Assembly: GCA_963704725.1 (NCBI GenBank)
Contig: OY969934.1
Span: forward strand, 3,232,001-3,296,000
Reading direction: 5' to 3'
DNA: 64,000 nt
Source of the DNA: an uncultured Actinomycetes bacterium
Lineage (GTDB): Bacteria > Actinomycetota > UBA4738 > HRBIN12
The first letter of the stretch is position 1; every line of letters begins with the position of its first letter. Position numbers and translations under genes: made by a program. The notes below the pieces were generated by a model. It saw nothing but the letters and a program-made list of their open reading frames with translations, was not told the DNA's origin and did no database searches. Below are positions 19,103 to 28,744 of this stretch, piece after piece.

Positions 19103-19920
19103 GCCCCGTCTCGGTACCGCGCGTCGCGCCAGGCGATCGCCGCCTTCAGTCCCTGCTCCTGGGTGATCCGGCGGAACTCGTCGCGCGCCGGCAGGTTGGC
19201 CGTCTCGATCCCCACGTCGATCTCGACGTTGGCCTCCATGGCCGCGCGGAACCCCGCCACGTCCCAGGCGCGGTTCACCGCTCGCTTGGTCGACTGCACG
19301 ACGAACGGCTCGTTCTTGGCGATCTCCTCGGCGAGCGCGAGCGTCGCCGAGTCGAGCTCGTCCCGCGGGACCACGCGGTTGACGAGCCCGAGCCGCAGCG
19401 CCTCGGCCGCGCTCACCCGGTCCTCGCCGGTGAGCAGCAGCTCCTTCGCCGACCGGACGCCGATGACCCACGGCAGGAACATCGACACGACGCCCGAGCC
19501 GAACCGGACGTCCACGTACCCGAAGAACGCGTCGTCCGCCGCGACGGCCAGATCGCACGCGAGCATCAGGTCGGTGCCGCCGGCCAGGCAGTAGGAGTGG
19601 ACGCTCGCGATCACCGGCTTGGGATGGTCGAGGATCCGCAGCATCCGGTCGTTGTCGTGCTTGAGCACGCGGTGCCACTCTCGGGCGTCGACCTCGCCCT
19701 CTTCGGCGTCCTCGTTCAGGTCGTAGCCGGCGCAGAACGCGCGCCCCGCACCGCGCAGGATCACTGCGTGCACGGCGTCTTCGTCCGCCGCCGCGTCCAG
19801 CGCCTCCATCAGCGCGTCCATGAGCTCGCCGTTCAGCGCGTTCAGCGCGTTCGGCCGGTTCAGGGTGAGCCGCCGGACCGGGCCGAGGTCCTCCCTCACC
19901 ACCACGGGCTCGGCGCTCAC
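19099..19920 (-). CDS. Enoyl-CoA hydratase/isomerase family protein
   Basis: LTLNRPNALNAL, GRAFCAGYDL, PKPVIASV..YCLAGG, AKELLLTG. Confidence 0.9.
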   Translation of the reverse strand: MSAEPVVVREDLGPVRRLTLNRPNALNALNGELMDALMEALDAAADEDAVHAVILRGAGRAFCAGYDLNEDAEEGEVDAREWHRVLKHDNDRMLRILDHPKPVIASVHSYCLAGGTDLMLACDLAVAADDAFFGYVDVRFGSGVVSMFLPWVIGVRSAKELLLTGEDRVSAAEALRLGLVNRVVPRDELDSATLALAEEIAKNEPFVVQSTKRAVNRAWDVAGFRAAMEANVEIDVGIETANLPARDEFRRITQEQGLKAAIAWRDARYRDGA

Positions 19921-19999
19921 GGGTCTCCCTCCGACGTGGACGCCGCGGCCCGAGCCCTGCCCGGACCGAGCCGCGGCTGGCCGGATGATACACGGCGGT

Positions 20000-20015
20000 T
20001 TGAACGGCCCTTCAA
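20000..20015. promoter_or_regulatory. Operator TTGAACGGCCCTTCAA
   Basis: Near-palindrome (extends to GTTTGAAC..TTCAAAC) upstream of a minus-strand -10 TATCAT (19985-19990) for the hydratase-ligase-EamA operon. Confidence 0.7.
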
Positions 20016-21268
20016 ACGCGGTCCATCACCGCGCGGATCTCCCTCGCCGCGCGGCGGCCGCTGCGCAGCGCCCCCTCCAGGGTCCCGTGCCACCGGGTCC
20101 CCGCGGTATGTTCGCCGGCCAGGGCGATCCGTCCGACGGCCGGCTCCAGCGCCGGCAGCAGCGACGGCGCGCCCGGCGGGACGGCGCTGTAGGCGCCCCC
20201 GGCCAAGGGCTCGGATCCCCACGCAACCACGCGGGCCGCCCACTCCGCCTCGATCGACGGGTCCAGCGACCGGAGCCGGCGGATCCACGTGTCGAGGCCG
20301 CCGCCCGCGAGCTCCGCCTCGGTGGACGGCCATGCGGCGAACGACATGACGCAGCGCCGGGCGCGACCGCCCTCGCCGAGCGCCGTCCACCACCAGAACG
20401 GCCCCTCCAGGCTCTGGCGCGCTGCGGGATCCGGCTCGTCCGCGAGCTCGAAGACGAGCTTGCCGGCCGCACCCATGTCGAGCGAGGCCAGCGCCTCGCG
20501 GACCCCGGGCGGCAGCGTCGGCTCGATCGGGAGCGCCCGCAGCATCGGCAGCGGCAGGGCGACCACCCCCGCGGCGGCGTCCACCTCGCCGCCGCCCCTC
20601 GAACGCGGATCGCCCCCGGCGTCGTCGAGCCGGACCCGCACACCTCCGCGATCCTGCACCACGCCGGTCGCGGAGCAGCCCAGGCGCACGTCGGCGAGCC
20701 GGTCGGCGATCGCCTCGGCGAGCGCCTGCGCCCCGTCCGCGAGGCGCCGGGTCGGCCCGGCGCCGTCGGGGTGCAGGAGGTCCTCGGCCGCCGCCAGCGC
20801 GACCCGCTGCAAGGGCACGGCGCAGGTCCCGCGGATCCTGGCTCGAACGCCGGCCGCGGCCTCCGCGTCCCCGCCGAGCTCGTCGAGGAACGAGGCCAGG
20901 GAACGGCGCTCTCGCTCGGCCGGCGGGACCCGCACCAGGGCCTCGGTCGCCGCCGCCAGGAACGCCTCCTGGCGCTCAAGGCCCGCCGCCCCGCCCGTGG
21001 GCTCGCGACGGGCGAAGTCGACGCCCGTCGGCACCAGCGGCAGGCCGAGCCGCCGCGCCACCCCCTCGAGCTCCTCGTATCCCTCGAAGACCCACTCGCC
21101 GCCGAGCTCGGCCAGCGCGCCGCCTGCGAGCCGGACAGTCCGGGCTCGCCCGCCCACGCGGTCGCCCGCCTCCAGCACGGTCACCGAGAGCCCCGCGTCC
21201 TGCAGGTCGAGCGCGGCGGCCAGGCCGGCGTAGCCGGCACCGATCACGACCACGTCGGGGTTGCTCAT
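20012..21268 (-). CDS. Flavin monoamine oxidase family protein
   Basis: VIGAGYAGLAAA, EAGDRVGGR, ELGGEW, W..EP...GAYS, AGEHT....GTLEGALRSG. Confidence 0.9.
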   Translation of the reverse strand: MSNPDVVVIGAGYAGLAAALDLQDAGLSVTVLEAGDRVGGRARTVRLAGGALAELGGEWVFEGYEELEGVARRLGLPLVPTGVDFARREPTGGAAGLERQEAFLAAATEALVRVPPAERERRSLASFLDELGGDAEAAAGVRARIRGTCAVPLQRVALAAAEDLLHPDGAGPTRRLADGAQALAEAIADRLADVRLGCSATGVVQDRGGVRVRLDDAGGDPRSRGGGEVDAAAGVVALPLPMLRALPIEPTLPPGVREALASLDMGAAGKLVFELADEPDPAARQSLEGPFWWWTALGEGGRARRCVMSFAAWPSTEAELAGGGLDTWIRRLRSLDPSIEAEWAARVVAWGSEPLAGGAYSAVPPGAPSLLPALEPAVGRIALAGEHTAGTRWHGTLEGALRSGRRAAREIRAVMDRV

Positions 21269-21314
21269 CCGGGAGACTGGGTTGCGGAACGACCGGTGCC
21301 TATGCTACTCAGGC

Positions 21315-21334
21315 GTTTGTACGGCCGTACAAAC
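21315..21334. promoter_or_regulatory. Perfect 20-bp palindromic operator GTTTGTACGGCCGTACAAAC
   Basis: Between the divergent amine oxidase and potD genes, just downstream of -10 TATGCT (21301-21306). Confidence 0.8.
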
Positions 21335-21355
21335 ACCGAATCGGAGGTGGGGGGC

Positions 21356-22648
21356 ATGGCACACCCGTTCGAGCGACGGCCGGGGATGAGCCGACGGGAC
21401 TTCCTGAGGACCTCGGTCGGCGCGGCCGCCCTCCTGCCTTCGGCCGCGGCGATCCTCGCCGCCTGCTCCAAGCCCGGGACGACCAGCGGCGGTGGCGACG
21501 GGGGCGGGGGAACCGCCGCGACGGGCGGAACCGCCGGGCGAGTCCTGGCGCGCCCGGACAACCCCGTGACCCTGCCCATGAGCCGCGATCCGATATCGAC
21601 CGATACGCCGATCGAGACGGGGACCCTGCGCGTCTACAACTGGGCCGACTACATGTACAAGAAGGTGATCAAGGGCTTCGAGGACCAGTACGGCGTCACG
21701 GTCGAGGTCACCACCTTCCAGAACATGGAGGAGGGAATCCAGAAGCTCGTCGCCGGCCAGGTCCAGGCCGACGTCTTCTTCCCAACCACCGATTACATCT
21801 CCCGCCTGGTCGAGCGCGATCTGATCCAGCCGGTCAACCACGAGCTGCTCCCGAACCTGGTGGCCAACTACTGGCAATCGTTCTGGGACCCCGGCCCCTG
21901 GTACGACCTCGGCTGGGAATACACCGTCCCGTACACGATCTACACGACGGGGGTGGCGTACCGGCGCGACCGTATCAGCGACGAGGACGCCGCCGCGGCC
22001 GGATACGAGCTGCTGTTCAACCAAGCCTACAACGGAGCCGTGAGCTACTACGACTCGTACCGAGACGCGCTCGGCATGATGATGCTCCGCAACGGGGACA
22101 CGGACATGAACACGGACGATCCGGCCGTGATCGGGAAGGCGAAGGACGACGTCCTCCAGCTGATCGTCGACAACGGCGCTCGCCTGACGATCAACGGCGT
22201 GTACTCGAAGCTCCCCGAGGGCGAGTTCAGCGTCGCGCAGTCCTGGTCGGGCGACATCGTCGGCGCCCAGTGGTACCTGCCGAAGGACACCACCACCGAC
22301 GTGCTCGGCTACTGGTACCCGTCGGACGGCAGAGGGCTGATCGGCAACGACACGATCGCGATCCCCACCGGCGCGCAGAGCCCGCGCCTCGCGCACGAGT
22401 TCCTGAACTTCCTGATGGACGCGCACTGGGGCTACCTCAACTTCACCGACTGGAACGGCTACCAGCCGCCGATGACCTCGATCGATCCGGCCCGGCTGAT
22501 CGACGAGGGCGTCGTCCCTCCCACCCTGCCGCTCGCAGTCGTGTCCGAGGACAACTTCAAGACCGGCTACTTCAACGGGACGGAGCTGACGGCCGAGGCA
22601 GACCAGCTCTGGATCGACGCCTGGAGCGAGATCCAGGCCGGTGGCTAG
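21356..22648 (+). CDS. potD: Spermidine/putrescine ABC transporter substrate-binding lipoprotein, Tat signal
   Basis: SRRDFLR, LAAC lipobox, VYNWADY, YTVPY, SWSGD, GND...IP; first gene of the permease operon. Confidence 0.9.
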   Translation: MAHPFERRPGMSRRDFLRTSVGAAALLPSAAAILAACSKPGTTSGGGDGGGGTAATGGTAGRVLARPDNPVTLPMSRDPISTDTPIETGTLRVYNWADYMYKKVIKGFEDQYGVTVEVTTFQNMEEGIQKLVAGQVQADVFFPTTDYISRLVERDLIQPVNHELLPNLVANYWQSFWDPGPWYDLGWEYTVPYTIYTTGVAYRRDRISDEDAAAAGYELLFNQAYNGAVSYYDSYRDALGMMMLRNGDTDMNTDDPAVIGKAKDDVLQLIVDNGARLTINGVYSKLPEGEFSVAQSWSGDIVGAQWYLPKDTTTDVLGYWYPSDGRGLIGNDTIAIPTGAQSPRLAHEFLNFLMDAHWGYLNFTDWNGYQPPMTSIDPARLIDEGVVPPTLPLAVVSEDNFKTGYFNGTELTAEADQLWIDAWSEIQAGG

Positions 22649-23591
22649 CTCGATCGACGCGGCGCCGCGACGCAGGCGGCGCCGGACTCGAGCGAGCGAG
22701 ACCCGGTCGGGTGTCTGGTATCCGCGGTGGTACTGGCCCTCGTTCACGCTACCCGGGAGCGCCTGGCTGGCGGTGTTCTTCGTCCTGCCGTTCTGGGTGG
22801 TGCTCTCCGTGGCCTTCGGCACGGTCGAGCCCCTGTTCCGGACGCCCCTGCCCGTCTACCAGCCGTGGTGGTGGAGCTTCGCGACGTTCTCGGAGACCTT
22901 CCAGAAGTTCTACGCGGGCGATCGGATCTACCTCGACCCGCTGATCCGCACCTTGGCGTACGTGTTCGCCGCGAGCCTGATCTGCCTGGTCGTCGGCTAC
23001 GCCGTCGCGTACTACACGGCTCGCTCCGCGGGGCGCTCGCGCGGGCTGATCCTGATGTTGCTGATCGCTCCGTTCTGGATCAGCTACTTGATGCGGATCT
23101 ACGCGTGGCAGAGCCTCCTACAGCCGGACGGCTACATCAACGACGCGATCGGCGTGTTCGGCGTCTCCCCCGTGAACTGGATCGGCCAGCCGGTCACGGT
23201 CGTCCTCGGGCTGGTGTACGGCTACATCCCGTACATGATCCTGCCGCTCTTCGGGTTTCTCGACCGGATCGATGACCGACTCCTGGAGGCGGGACGCGAT
23301 CTCGGGGCGAGCCCGTTCCAGACGTTCCGGCGCGTCACGCTGCCGATGTCCAAGCCCGGGATCCTCGCAGGGTTGGTGATCGTGTCGCTGCCGATGTTCG
23401 GCGACTACTACACGAACAACCTGCTCGGGAGCCAGCGCACGTCGATGTTCGGCAACCTGATCGACAACGCGGTAGGCCAAGCGGGCCAGCAGCCCGAGGC
23501 CGGTGCGCTCGTGCTGCTCCTCATCACGATCGTGATCGTGCCGATGGTCTACTACCTGCGCTCGACCAGGCGCACCGTGGAGTCGGCGTGA
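22641..23591 (+). CDS. potB: Polyamine ABC transporter permease
   Basis: PFWISYLMRIYAW, YIPYMILPL, EAGRDLGA (EAA loop). Confidence 0.9.
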   Translation: MASSIDAAPRRRRRRTRASETRSGVWYPRWYWPSFTLPGSAWLAVFFVLPFWVVLSVAFGTVEPLFRTPLPVYQPWWWSFATFSETFQKFYAGDRIYLDPLIRTLAYVFAASLICLVVGYAVAYYTARSAGRSRGLILMLLIAPFWISYLMRIYAWQSLLQPDGYINDAIGVFGVSPVNWIGQPVTVVLGLVYGYIPYMILPLFGFLDRIDDRLLEAGRDLGASPFQTFRRVTLPMSKPGILAGLVIVSLPMFGDYYTNNLLGSQRTSMFGNLIDNAVGQAGQQPEAGALVLLLITIVIVPMVYYLRSTRRTVESA

Positions 23592-24511
23592 GCGAGGCGA
23601 CGATCCAGCCACAGAGGACGTCCGCGGTCAGCGCGCCGAGGGGCCTCACGAGGTGGGTCCGAAATCCCTGGCGCAAGCCGCGCGTCCTGCAGGGCATCAC
23701 CTGGGTCTATCTGTTCTGGTCGATCGTGCCCGTCGTGATCGCGGTCGTCTTCTCCTTCAACGCCGGCCGGTCCCGGAGCACGTGGCAGGGGTTCTCGCTC
23801 CGGTGGTGGACTCAGGACCCGTTCGACTCCCTGTGGCGCGACGCCGAGCTGCGAACCGCCATGTTCCAGACGCTCCGGCTCTCGCTCGGGACGGTGCTGT
23901 TGGCGGTCCCGCTCGGCACGGCCTTCGCGATCGGGGTCGACCGGTGGCGAGGGCGTCCGGCGGCCACCGCCAACTTCTTCATGCTCTTCTCGTTCGTGAT
24001 CCCCGAGATCATCCTCGGGGTCTCGCTGTTCCTGCTGTTCACCAACCTGATCCACAACGCGATCCCGCTCGGCACCACCGCGCAGATCCTGGGTCTGGTC
24101 ACCTTCCAGCTGTCCTATCCGGTGATCATCGTGCGCGCGCGATTGCTCTCGATCGGGCCCGAGTACGAGGAGGCGGCCATGGACCTCGGCGCGTCGCCGA
24201 ACCAGGCCCTTCGCAGGGTTCTGCTGCCGCTGCTCGGGCCGGCGATCCTTGCCAGCGCCGCGCTCGTCTTCGCCGACTCCGTGGATAACTTCGTGACCGT
24301 CCGTTACCTGTCCGCACAGGCGCCGACGGAGCCGCTGTCGGTGAAGATCTACACGGCCGCGAGGACCTCGCCGACGCCGGCGGTCAACGCCGCCGCCACG
24401 GTGATGCTCGTGGCCACCCTGCTCACGATCGCGCTCGCGTGGGTGCTCTACCGGCGGATCGCGGGGAGCCGTGGCGAGGGCATGTCGGCGGCCGGGCTCG
24501 CCGAGCTCTGA
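23588..24511 (+). CDS. potC: Polyamine ABC transporter permease
   Basis: FSFN...WQGFSLRWW, PEIILG, EEAAMDLGA, PAVNA. Confidence 0.9.
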   Translation: MSEATIQPQRTSAVSAPRGLTRWVRNPWRKPRVLQGITWVYLFWSIVPVVIAVVFSFNAGRSRSTWQGFSLRWWTQDPFDSLWRDAELRTAMFQTLRLSLGTVLLAVPLGTAFAIGVDRWRGRPAATANFFMLFSFVIPEIILGVSLFLLFTNLIHNAIPLGTTAQILGLVTFQLSYPVIIVRARLLSIGPEYEEAAMDLGASPNQALRRVLLPLLGPAILASAALVFADSVDNFVTVRYLSAQAPTEPLSVKIYTAARTSPTPAVNAAATVMLVATLLTIALAWVLYRRIAGSRGEGMSAAGLAEL

Positions 24512-24514
24512 GGC

Positions 24515-25636
24515 TCAGCCAGCCGGCGCATCCAGCATGGCGGCCCGCGAGCCGGCGCTCGAGTCGACCAGCACCCGGAGCGCGTCGGGCGGCAGGTGCA
24601 CCGAGACCGGATGCCCCTGTTCGAAGGGAAGACCCTCACCCTGGTTCTGCACCCAGACCTGGATCGTCTGGCCCGGCGCGAGGTGCACGATCACCTGCAT
24701 GATCGAGCCGACGTAGACCACGCGCTCGACCATGCCCGGCACCCGGTTCTCGCCGGCGGTGCCGCCCTCGTGGAGCCGGACGCGCTCGGGCCGGATGACG
24801 ATCTTCACGTCCCCCTGCGCGTCGGTGTCGCCCTGCGCTGCCATGAGGTCGAACTCGCCGAGCCGGATCGCCGCCCGCCCGTCCTGGCGAGCCCCCGCGG
24901 CCCGCGCGTCCATCAGGTTCGAGACGCCCAGGAAATCCGCGACGTAGGTGGTCCTCGGCTCCTCGTACACCTCCGACGGCGTGCCCACCTGCTCGACCCG
25001 GCCGTTGCTCATGACGGCCAGGCGGTCGGACATCGTGAGCGCCTCCTCCTGGTCGTGCGTGACGTAGATGAACGTGATGCCGATCTCCTCCTGGAGCGCT
25101 TTGAGCTCGATCTGCAGCGCCTTGCGCAGCTTGGCGTCGAGCGCGCCGAGCGGCTCGTCGAGCAGGAGCACCGCGGGGTTCAGGACGAGCGCCCGCGCCA
25201 GAGCGACGCGCTGCTGCTGCCCCCCCGAGAGCTGCGAGGGCCGGCGCTGTCCGAGCCCCTCGAGCCGCACGAGCGCGAGCGCGTCTCCCACCTTCTTCCG
25301 CACCTCGGCCTTCGAGACCTCCTGGTACCGGAGGCCGAAGCCGACGTTCTCCTCAACGGTCAGGTGCGGGAACAGGGCGTAGTTCTGGAACACCGTGTTG
25401 ACGTTGCGCTTGTGCGGCGGGGTCTGGGCCATGTCCACGCCGTCGAGGAGGATCTGCCCCTCGTCGGGGCGCTCGAACCCGGCGATCAGCCTCAGCGTCG
25501 TGGTCTTGCCGCACCCGGAGGGCCCGAGCAGCGAGAAGAACTCGCCCGGGGGCATGTCGAGGTTGATCCCGGCGACCGCGGTCACGTCCGTGAACCGCTT
25601 CACCAGATCGACGAGCTGGACCTCTCCCCCGGCCAT
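24515..25636 (-). CDS. potA: Polyamine ABC transporter ATP-binding protein
   Basis: GPSGCGKTT, VFQNYALFPHL, LSGGQQQR, LLLDEPLGALD, VTHDQEEAL, C-terminal TOBE. Confidence 0.95.
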   Translation of the reverse strand: MAGGEVQLVDLVKRFTDVTAVAGINLDMPPGEFFSLLGPSGCGKTTTLRLIAGFERPDEGQILLDGVDMAQTPPHKRNVNTVFQNYALFPHLTVEENVGFGLRYQEVSKAEVRKKVGDALALVRLEGLGQRRPSQLSGGQQQRVALARALVLNPAVLLLDEPLGALDAKLRKALQIELKALQEEIGITFIYVTHDQEEALTMSDRLAVMSNGRVEQVGTPSEVYEEPRTTYVADFLGVSNLMDARAAGARQDGRAAIRLGEFDLMAAQGDTDAQGDVKIVIRPERVRLHEGGTAGENRVPGMVERVVYVGSIMQVIVHLAPGQTIQVWVQNQGEGLPFEQGHPVSVHLPPDALRVLVDSSAGSRAAMLDAPAG

Positions 25637-25713
25637 GGCACGCGGAGGATACCCGAGGTGCCCAGGCGTTTGCATCGCCGTTCAGCCAGGGCCGGCCTCG
25701 ACACGTCAGATCC

Positions 25714-27162
25714 CTACTCGAGGTTCACGTAGACGGCCTTCTTCTCCAGGAAGTCCTCGACGCCCTCCTTGCCGAGCTCGCGCCCGATGCCCGACTGCTT
25801 GTAGCCGCCCCAGGGCATCTCGGTCGGTGCCGACTGCGTGTCGTTGATCCAGACCACCCCGGCCCGGAGGGCCTGGGCCGTCCGCAGCGCCTTCTTGATG
25901 TCGTTCGTCCAGATCGCCGCGGCGAGCCCGTACTGGTTGTCGTTCGCCATCTCGACCACGTCCTCGACGTCGCCGAACGGGATCACCGACATGACGGGCC
26001 CGAAGATCTCCTCTCGCGCGATCGTGTCCGTGTTGTGCACGTCGGCGAAGATCGTCGGCGGCACGAAGTACCCGGTCGCCAGCCGCGGCTCGGCCGGCCG
26101 CGTGCCCTGCACGGCCAGGGTGGCCTCCGCCTGGCCGATCTCGATGTACCGCTCCACGCGCTCCAGCTGCTCCTCGCTGACGAGGGGACCCATCGTGGTC
26201 TCCTCGTCGAGCCCGTCGCCAAGCCGGATCTCCTTGGCCAGGTCCACGAACGCGTTCAGGGCGTCGTCGTAGATCGAGCGGTCGACGAAGACGCGCGTGC
26301 CGGCCGAGCAGATCTCGCCCTGGTTCCAGAACACACCGTTGCAGGAGCCCTCCACGGCCGTCGCGAAGTCGGCGTCGGCGAACACGATGTTCGGCGACTT
26401 GCCGCCGAGCTCGAGCGTGACCCGCTTCAGCGTGTCCGCGCCCGAGCGCATGATGGTCCGGCCGACCTCGCGCGAGCCCGTGAACGTGATCTTGTCCACG
26501 CCGGCGTGCGCGACGAGCGGCGCCCCCGCCGTCTCGCCGAACCCGGTGAGGACGTGGAACACGCCGGGGGGCAACCCGGCCTCCTCGAGGATCCTCGGCA
26601 GCTCGAGGCACGTGAGCGGGGTCTGCTCGGGCGGCTTGAGGATGAACGTGCATCCCGCCGCCAGCGCCGCCGCGAGCTTCTGCGACGCCATCGACATCGG
26701 GTAGTTCCACGGCGTGATCCCGGCGGCGACCCCCACCGGCTCCTTCCACACCATGAACATCGCGTCGCGCGAGACGTGCTGGACGTCGCCGTCGATCTTC
26801 GTGGCCCAGCCGCCGTAGTACTCGAACATGTAGGCGACCTCGTCGACGTCGCCCCGCGCGTCGCCGATCGGCTTGCCCGAGTCGAGCGTCTCCAGGCGCG
26901 CCAGGCGGTCCCGCTCGCGGCGGATGATCTCGGCGGCTCGGAACAGGATCTGCCCTCGCTCGCGCGCCGGCGTTCCCGGCCACCACGAGCCCTCGTCGAA
27001 GCACCGCCGGGCGCTCGCGACGGCCAGGTCGACGTCGGCCGGCTTGGAGTGGGCCGCGGTCGCGATGACCTCGCCGGTGGCGGGGTTGAACACGTCGAAC
27101 CGCTCCCCGTCCAGGGCGTCGACCCACCGACCGTCGACGTAGTTCTGCAGCGCATCAGCCAC
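25714..27162 (-). CDS. NAD-dependent aldehyde dehydrogenase (betaine/aminoaldehyde DH-like)
   Basis: ITPWNYP, FTGS, LELGGKSP, NQGEICSAG, EEIFGPV, GGYKQSG; RBS GGAGGGG before GTG 27162. Confidence 0.95.
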   Translation of the reverse strand: MADALQNYVDGRWVDALDGERFDVFNPATGEVIATAAHSKPADVDLAVASARRCFDEGSWWPGTPARERGQILFRAAEIIRRERDRLARLETLDSGKPIGDARGDVDEVAYMFEYYGGWATKIDGDVQHVSRDAMFMVWKEPVGVAAGITPWNYPMSMASQKLAAALAAGCTFILKPPEQTPLTCLELPRILEEAGLPPGVFHVLTGFGETAGAPLVAHAGVDKITFTGSREVGRTIMRSGADTLKRVTLELGGKSPNIVFADADFATAVEGSCNGVFWNQGEICSAGTRVFVDRSIYDDALNAFVDLAKEIRLGDGLDEETTMGPLVSEEQLERVERYIEIGQAEATLAVQGTRPAEPRLATGYFVPPTIFADVHNTDTIAREEIFGPVMSVIPFGDVEDVVEMANDNQYGLAAAIWTNDIKKALRTAQALRAGVVWINDTQSAPTEMPWGGYKQSGIGRELGKEGVEDFLEKKAVYVNLE

Positions 27163-27183
27163 GGGTCCCCCTCCGTGCCGCTC

Positions 27184-27199
27184 TTGAACGACCATTCAG
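27184..27199. promoter_or_regulatory. Operator TTGAACGACCATTCAG
   Basis: 13/16 match to the 3204 palindrome; overlaps the 3' edge of a minus-strand -10 TAGGCT (27198-27203) upstream of the aldehyde dehydrogenase. Confidence 0.65.
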
Positions 27200-27230
27200 C
27201 CTATCGCGGGGCGACGCCGGAGCGGAAGGG

Positions 27231-27515
27231 CTAGTCCTGCAACCACTCCCCGTCGGTCCACTCCGGGTCCGCCTCCAGGAGCGCGCGCATCTTCAGGTAC
27301 GACTCGTGCTGCTCGGGGCTGTCCGCATTCGTGTCGTACGAGTCCTTGTCCTCGAACAGCACGGCGACGATCACCTCGTCGTCCCAGGCGTCCGGGAGCA
27401 GCACGTGCGCGCTCACGAACCCCGGAACCTGCCGGGTTCGCGCCTCGCTCGCCCACGCGCGCAGCGCGTCGAGGTTCTCCCGCTTGACCTTCATCCTGGC
27501 CACCGTCCCGTACAT
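27231..27515 (-). CDS. Small ABM-like (dimeric alpha/beta barrel) protein
   Basis: MYGTVARMKVK...PGFV...NADSPEQHESYLKMRALLEADPEWTDGE; RBS GGAGG. Confidence 0.75.
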   Translation of the reverse strand: MYGTVARMKVKRENLDALRAWASEARTRQVPGFVSAHVLLPDAWDDEVIVAVLFEDKDSYDTNADSPEQHESYLKMRALLEADPEWTDGEWLQD

Positions 27516-27602
27516 CGCACCCTCCCTCGCGTCGAGGGCGGCGAGCATACGCCACCCGCGCGGCCCCCACCGTCCGGCGCGCGCCGGGTACGCTCGCTCG
27601 TC

Positions 27603-28457
27603 ATGGCGATGGAGCGCTGGGTGCTCGGCGACGGCGTTCGGCTGTCCGCGCGCGAGTGGCCGGGCGACCGGGGCTCGGCGCTCCTCGTCCACGGGCTGGC
27701 GTCGTCCTCGCGGATCTGGGACCTCGTCGCGCCGAGGCTGTCGCGGGCCGAGATCCGGACCGTGGCGTACGACCAGCGCGGTCACGGCCGATCGGCCAAG
27801 CCCGCCGGGGCGTACGGCTTCGACCGCACGGCGGCAGACGCGGCCGCGGTGATCCGAGCGCTCCGGCTCCGCCGGCCGGTCGCGGTCGGGCACTCCTGGG
27901 GAGCGAACGTGGTCCTCGAGCTCGCGGTCCGTCACCCCCGCTCGGTCCGAGGGGTCGTCCTCGTCGACGGGGGGTTCCTGAGCCTGCGAGAGCGGTTCGA
28001 CTGGGCCACCGCCCGGCGGACGCTCGCCCCGCCGGAGATCGCCGGGACGCCGGTCGAGGAGTTCCTGCGCCACATCCGGCAGGGCCCCGGGACGGTGATC
28101 GGCCTCACGCCGGAGGTCGAGGAGGTGTTCCTCTCGCTGATGCGCGTCGACCGCGAGGGAAGGATCCACCCGCGGCTGTCGCGGACAAACCACCTCCGCA
28201 TCCTCCGGGCGCTGTGGGGGCAGGACACGATCGGGCTGCTCGAGCGGATCCGCGTCCCCACCCTGGTCCTGGCCGTGCGCGCGCTCCCCGGGACGCCGGA
28301 CTCGGCCGGGCTGCTCGAGGACAAGCGTCGGGCGGCCGCCGTCGTCCGCTCGATCGGAGATCCGGTCCGGTTCGAGTGGGTGACCGGGATCCACGACCTG
28401 CCGCTGCAACGACCGGACGCCCTGGCTCGGCGCATCGTTCGCGTCGTTCGAACGTAG
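27603..28457 (+). CDS. Alpha/beta hydrolase
   Basis: LVHGL, DQRGHGRS, GHSWG nucleophile elbow, HDLP. Confidence 0.9.
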   Translation: MAMERWVLGDGVRLSAREWPGDRGSALLVHGLASSSRIWDLVAPRLSRAEIRTVAYDQRGHGRSAKPAGAYGFDRTAADAAAVIRALRLRRPVAVGHSWGANVVLELAVRHPRSVRGVVLVDGGFLSLRERFDWATARRTLAPPEIAGTPVEEFLRHIRQGPGTVIGLTPEVEEVFLSLMRVDREGRIHPRLSRTNHLRILRALWGQDTIGLLERIRVPTLVLAVRALPGTPDSAGLLEDKRRAAAVVRSIGDPVRFEWVTGIHDLPLQRPDALARRIVRVVRT

Positions 28458-28466
28458 GATGGCGGC

Positions 28467-28731
28467 GTGTTCGTCATGATCCTGATCCTGCTGCTGGTCG
28501 CCGCGGCGGCCGGGAGTCCTGGGGGCCGTTCTGAAGGTCGCCCTGGTCGTGATCCTCTCGCTGATCCTGTCGGTCGTGGTCCTCACGTGGATCGGCATCT
28601 GGTACGCCAAACGCCGCATCCGCGAGTTCCAGCGGGACGTGGAGGTCCGGATCGACCAGGCCCGCCGCCGACGGGAGGCCTACGACGTCGGTCGGGACCC
28701 GGGCGAGAGCCCCCTCCCCGGCGGCCGCTGA
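28467..28731 (+). pseudogene. Small membrane protein with an apparent frameshift near 28512-28514
   Basis: MFVMILILLLVAAAAG then, after removing one G, VLGAVLKVALVVILSLILSVVVLTWIGIWYAKRR...; -10 TAGGAT 6 nt before GTG. Confidence 0.6.
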
Positions 28732-28744
28732 CCGCCACCGTACC

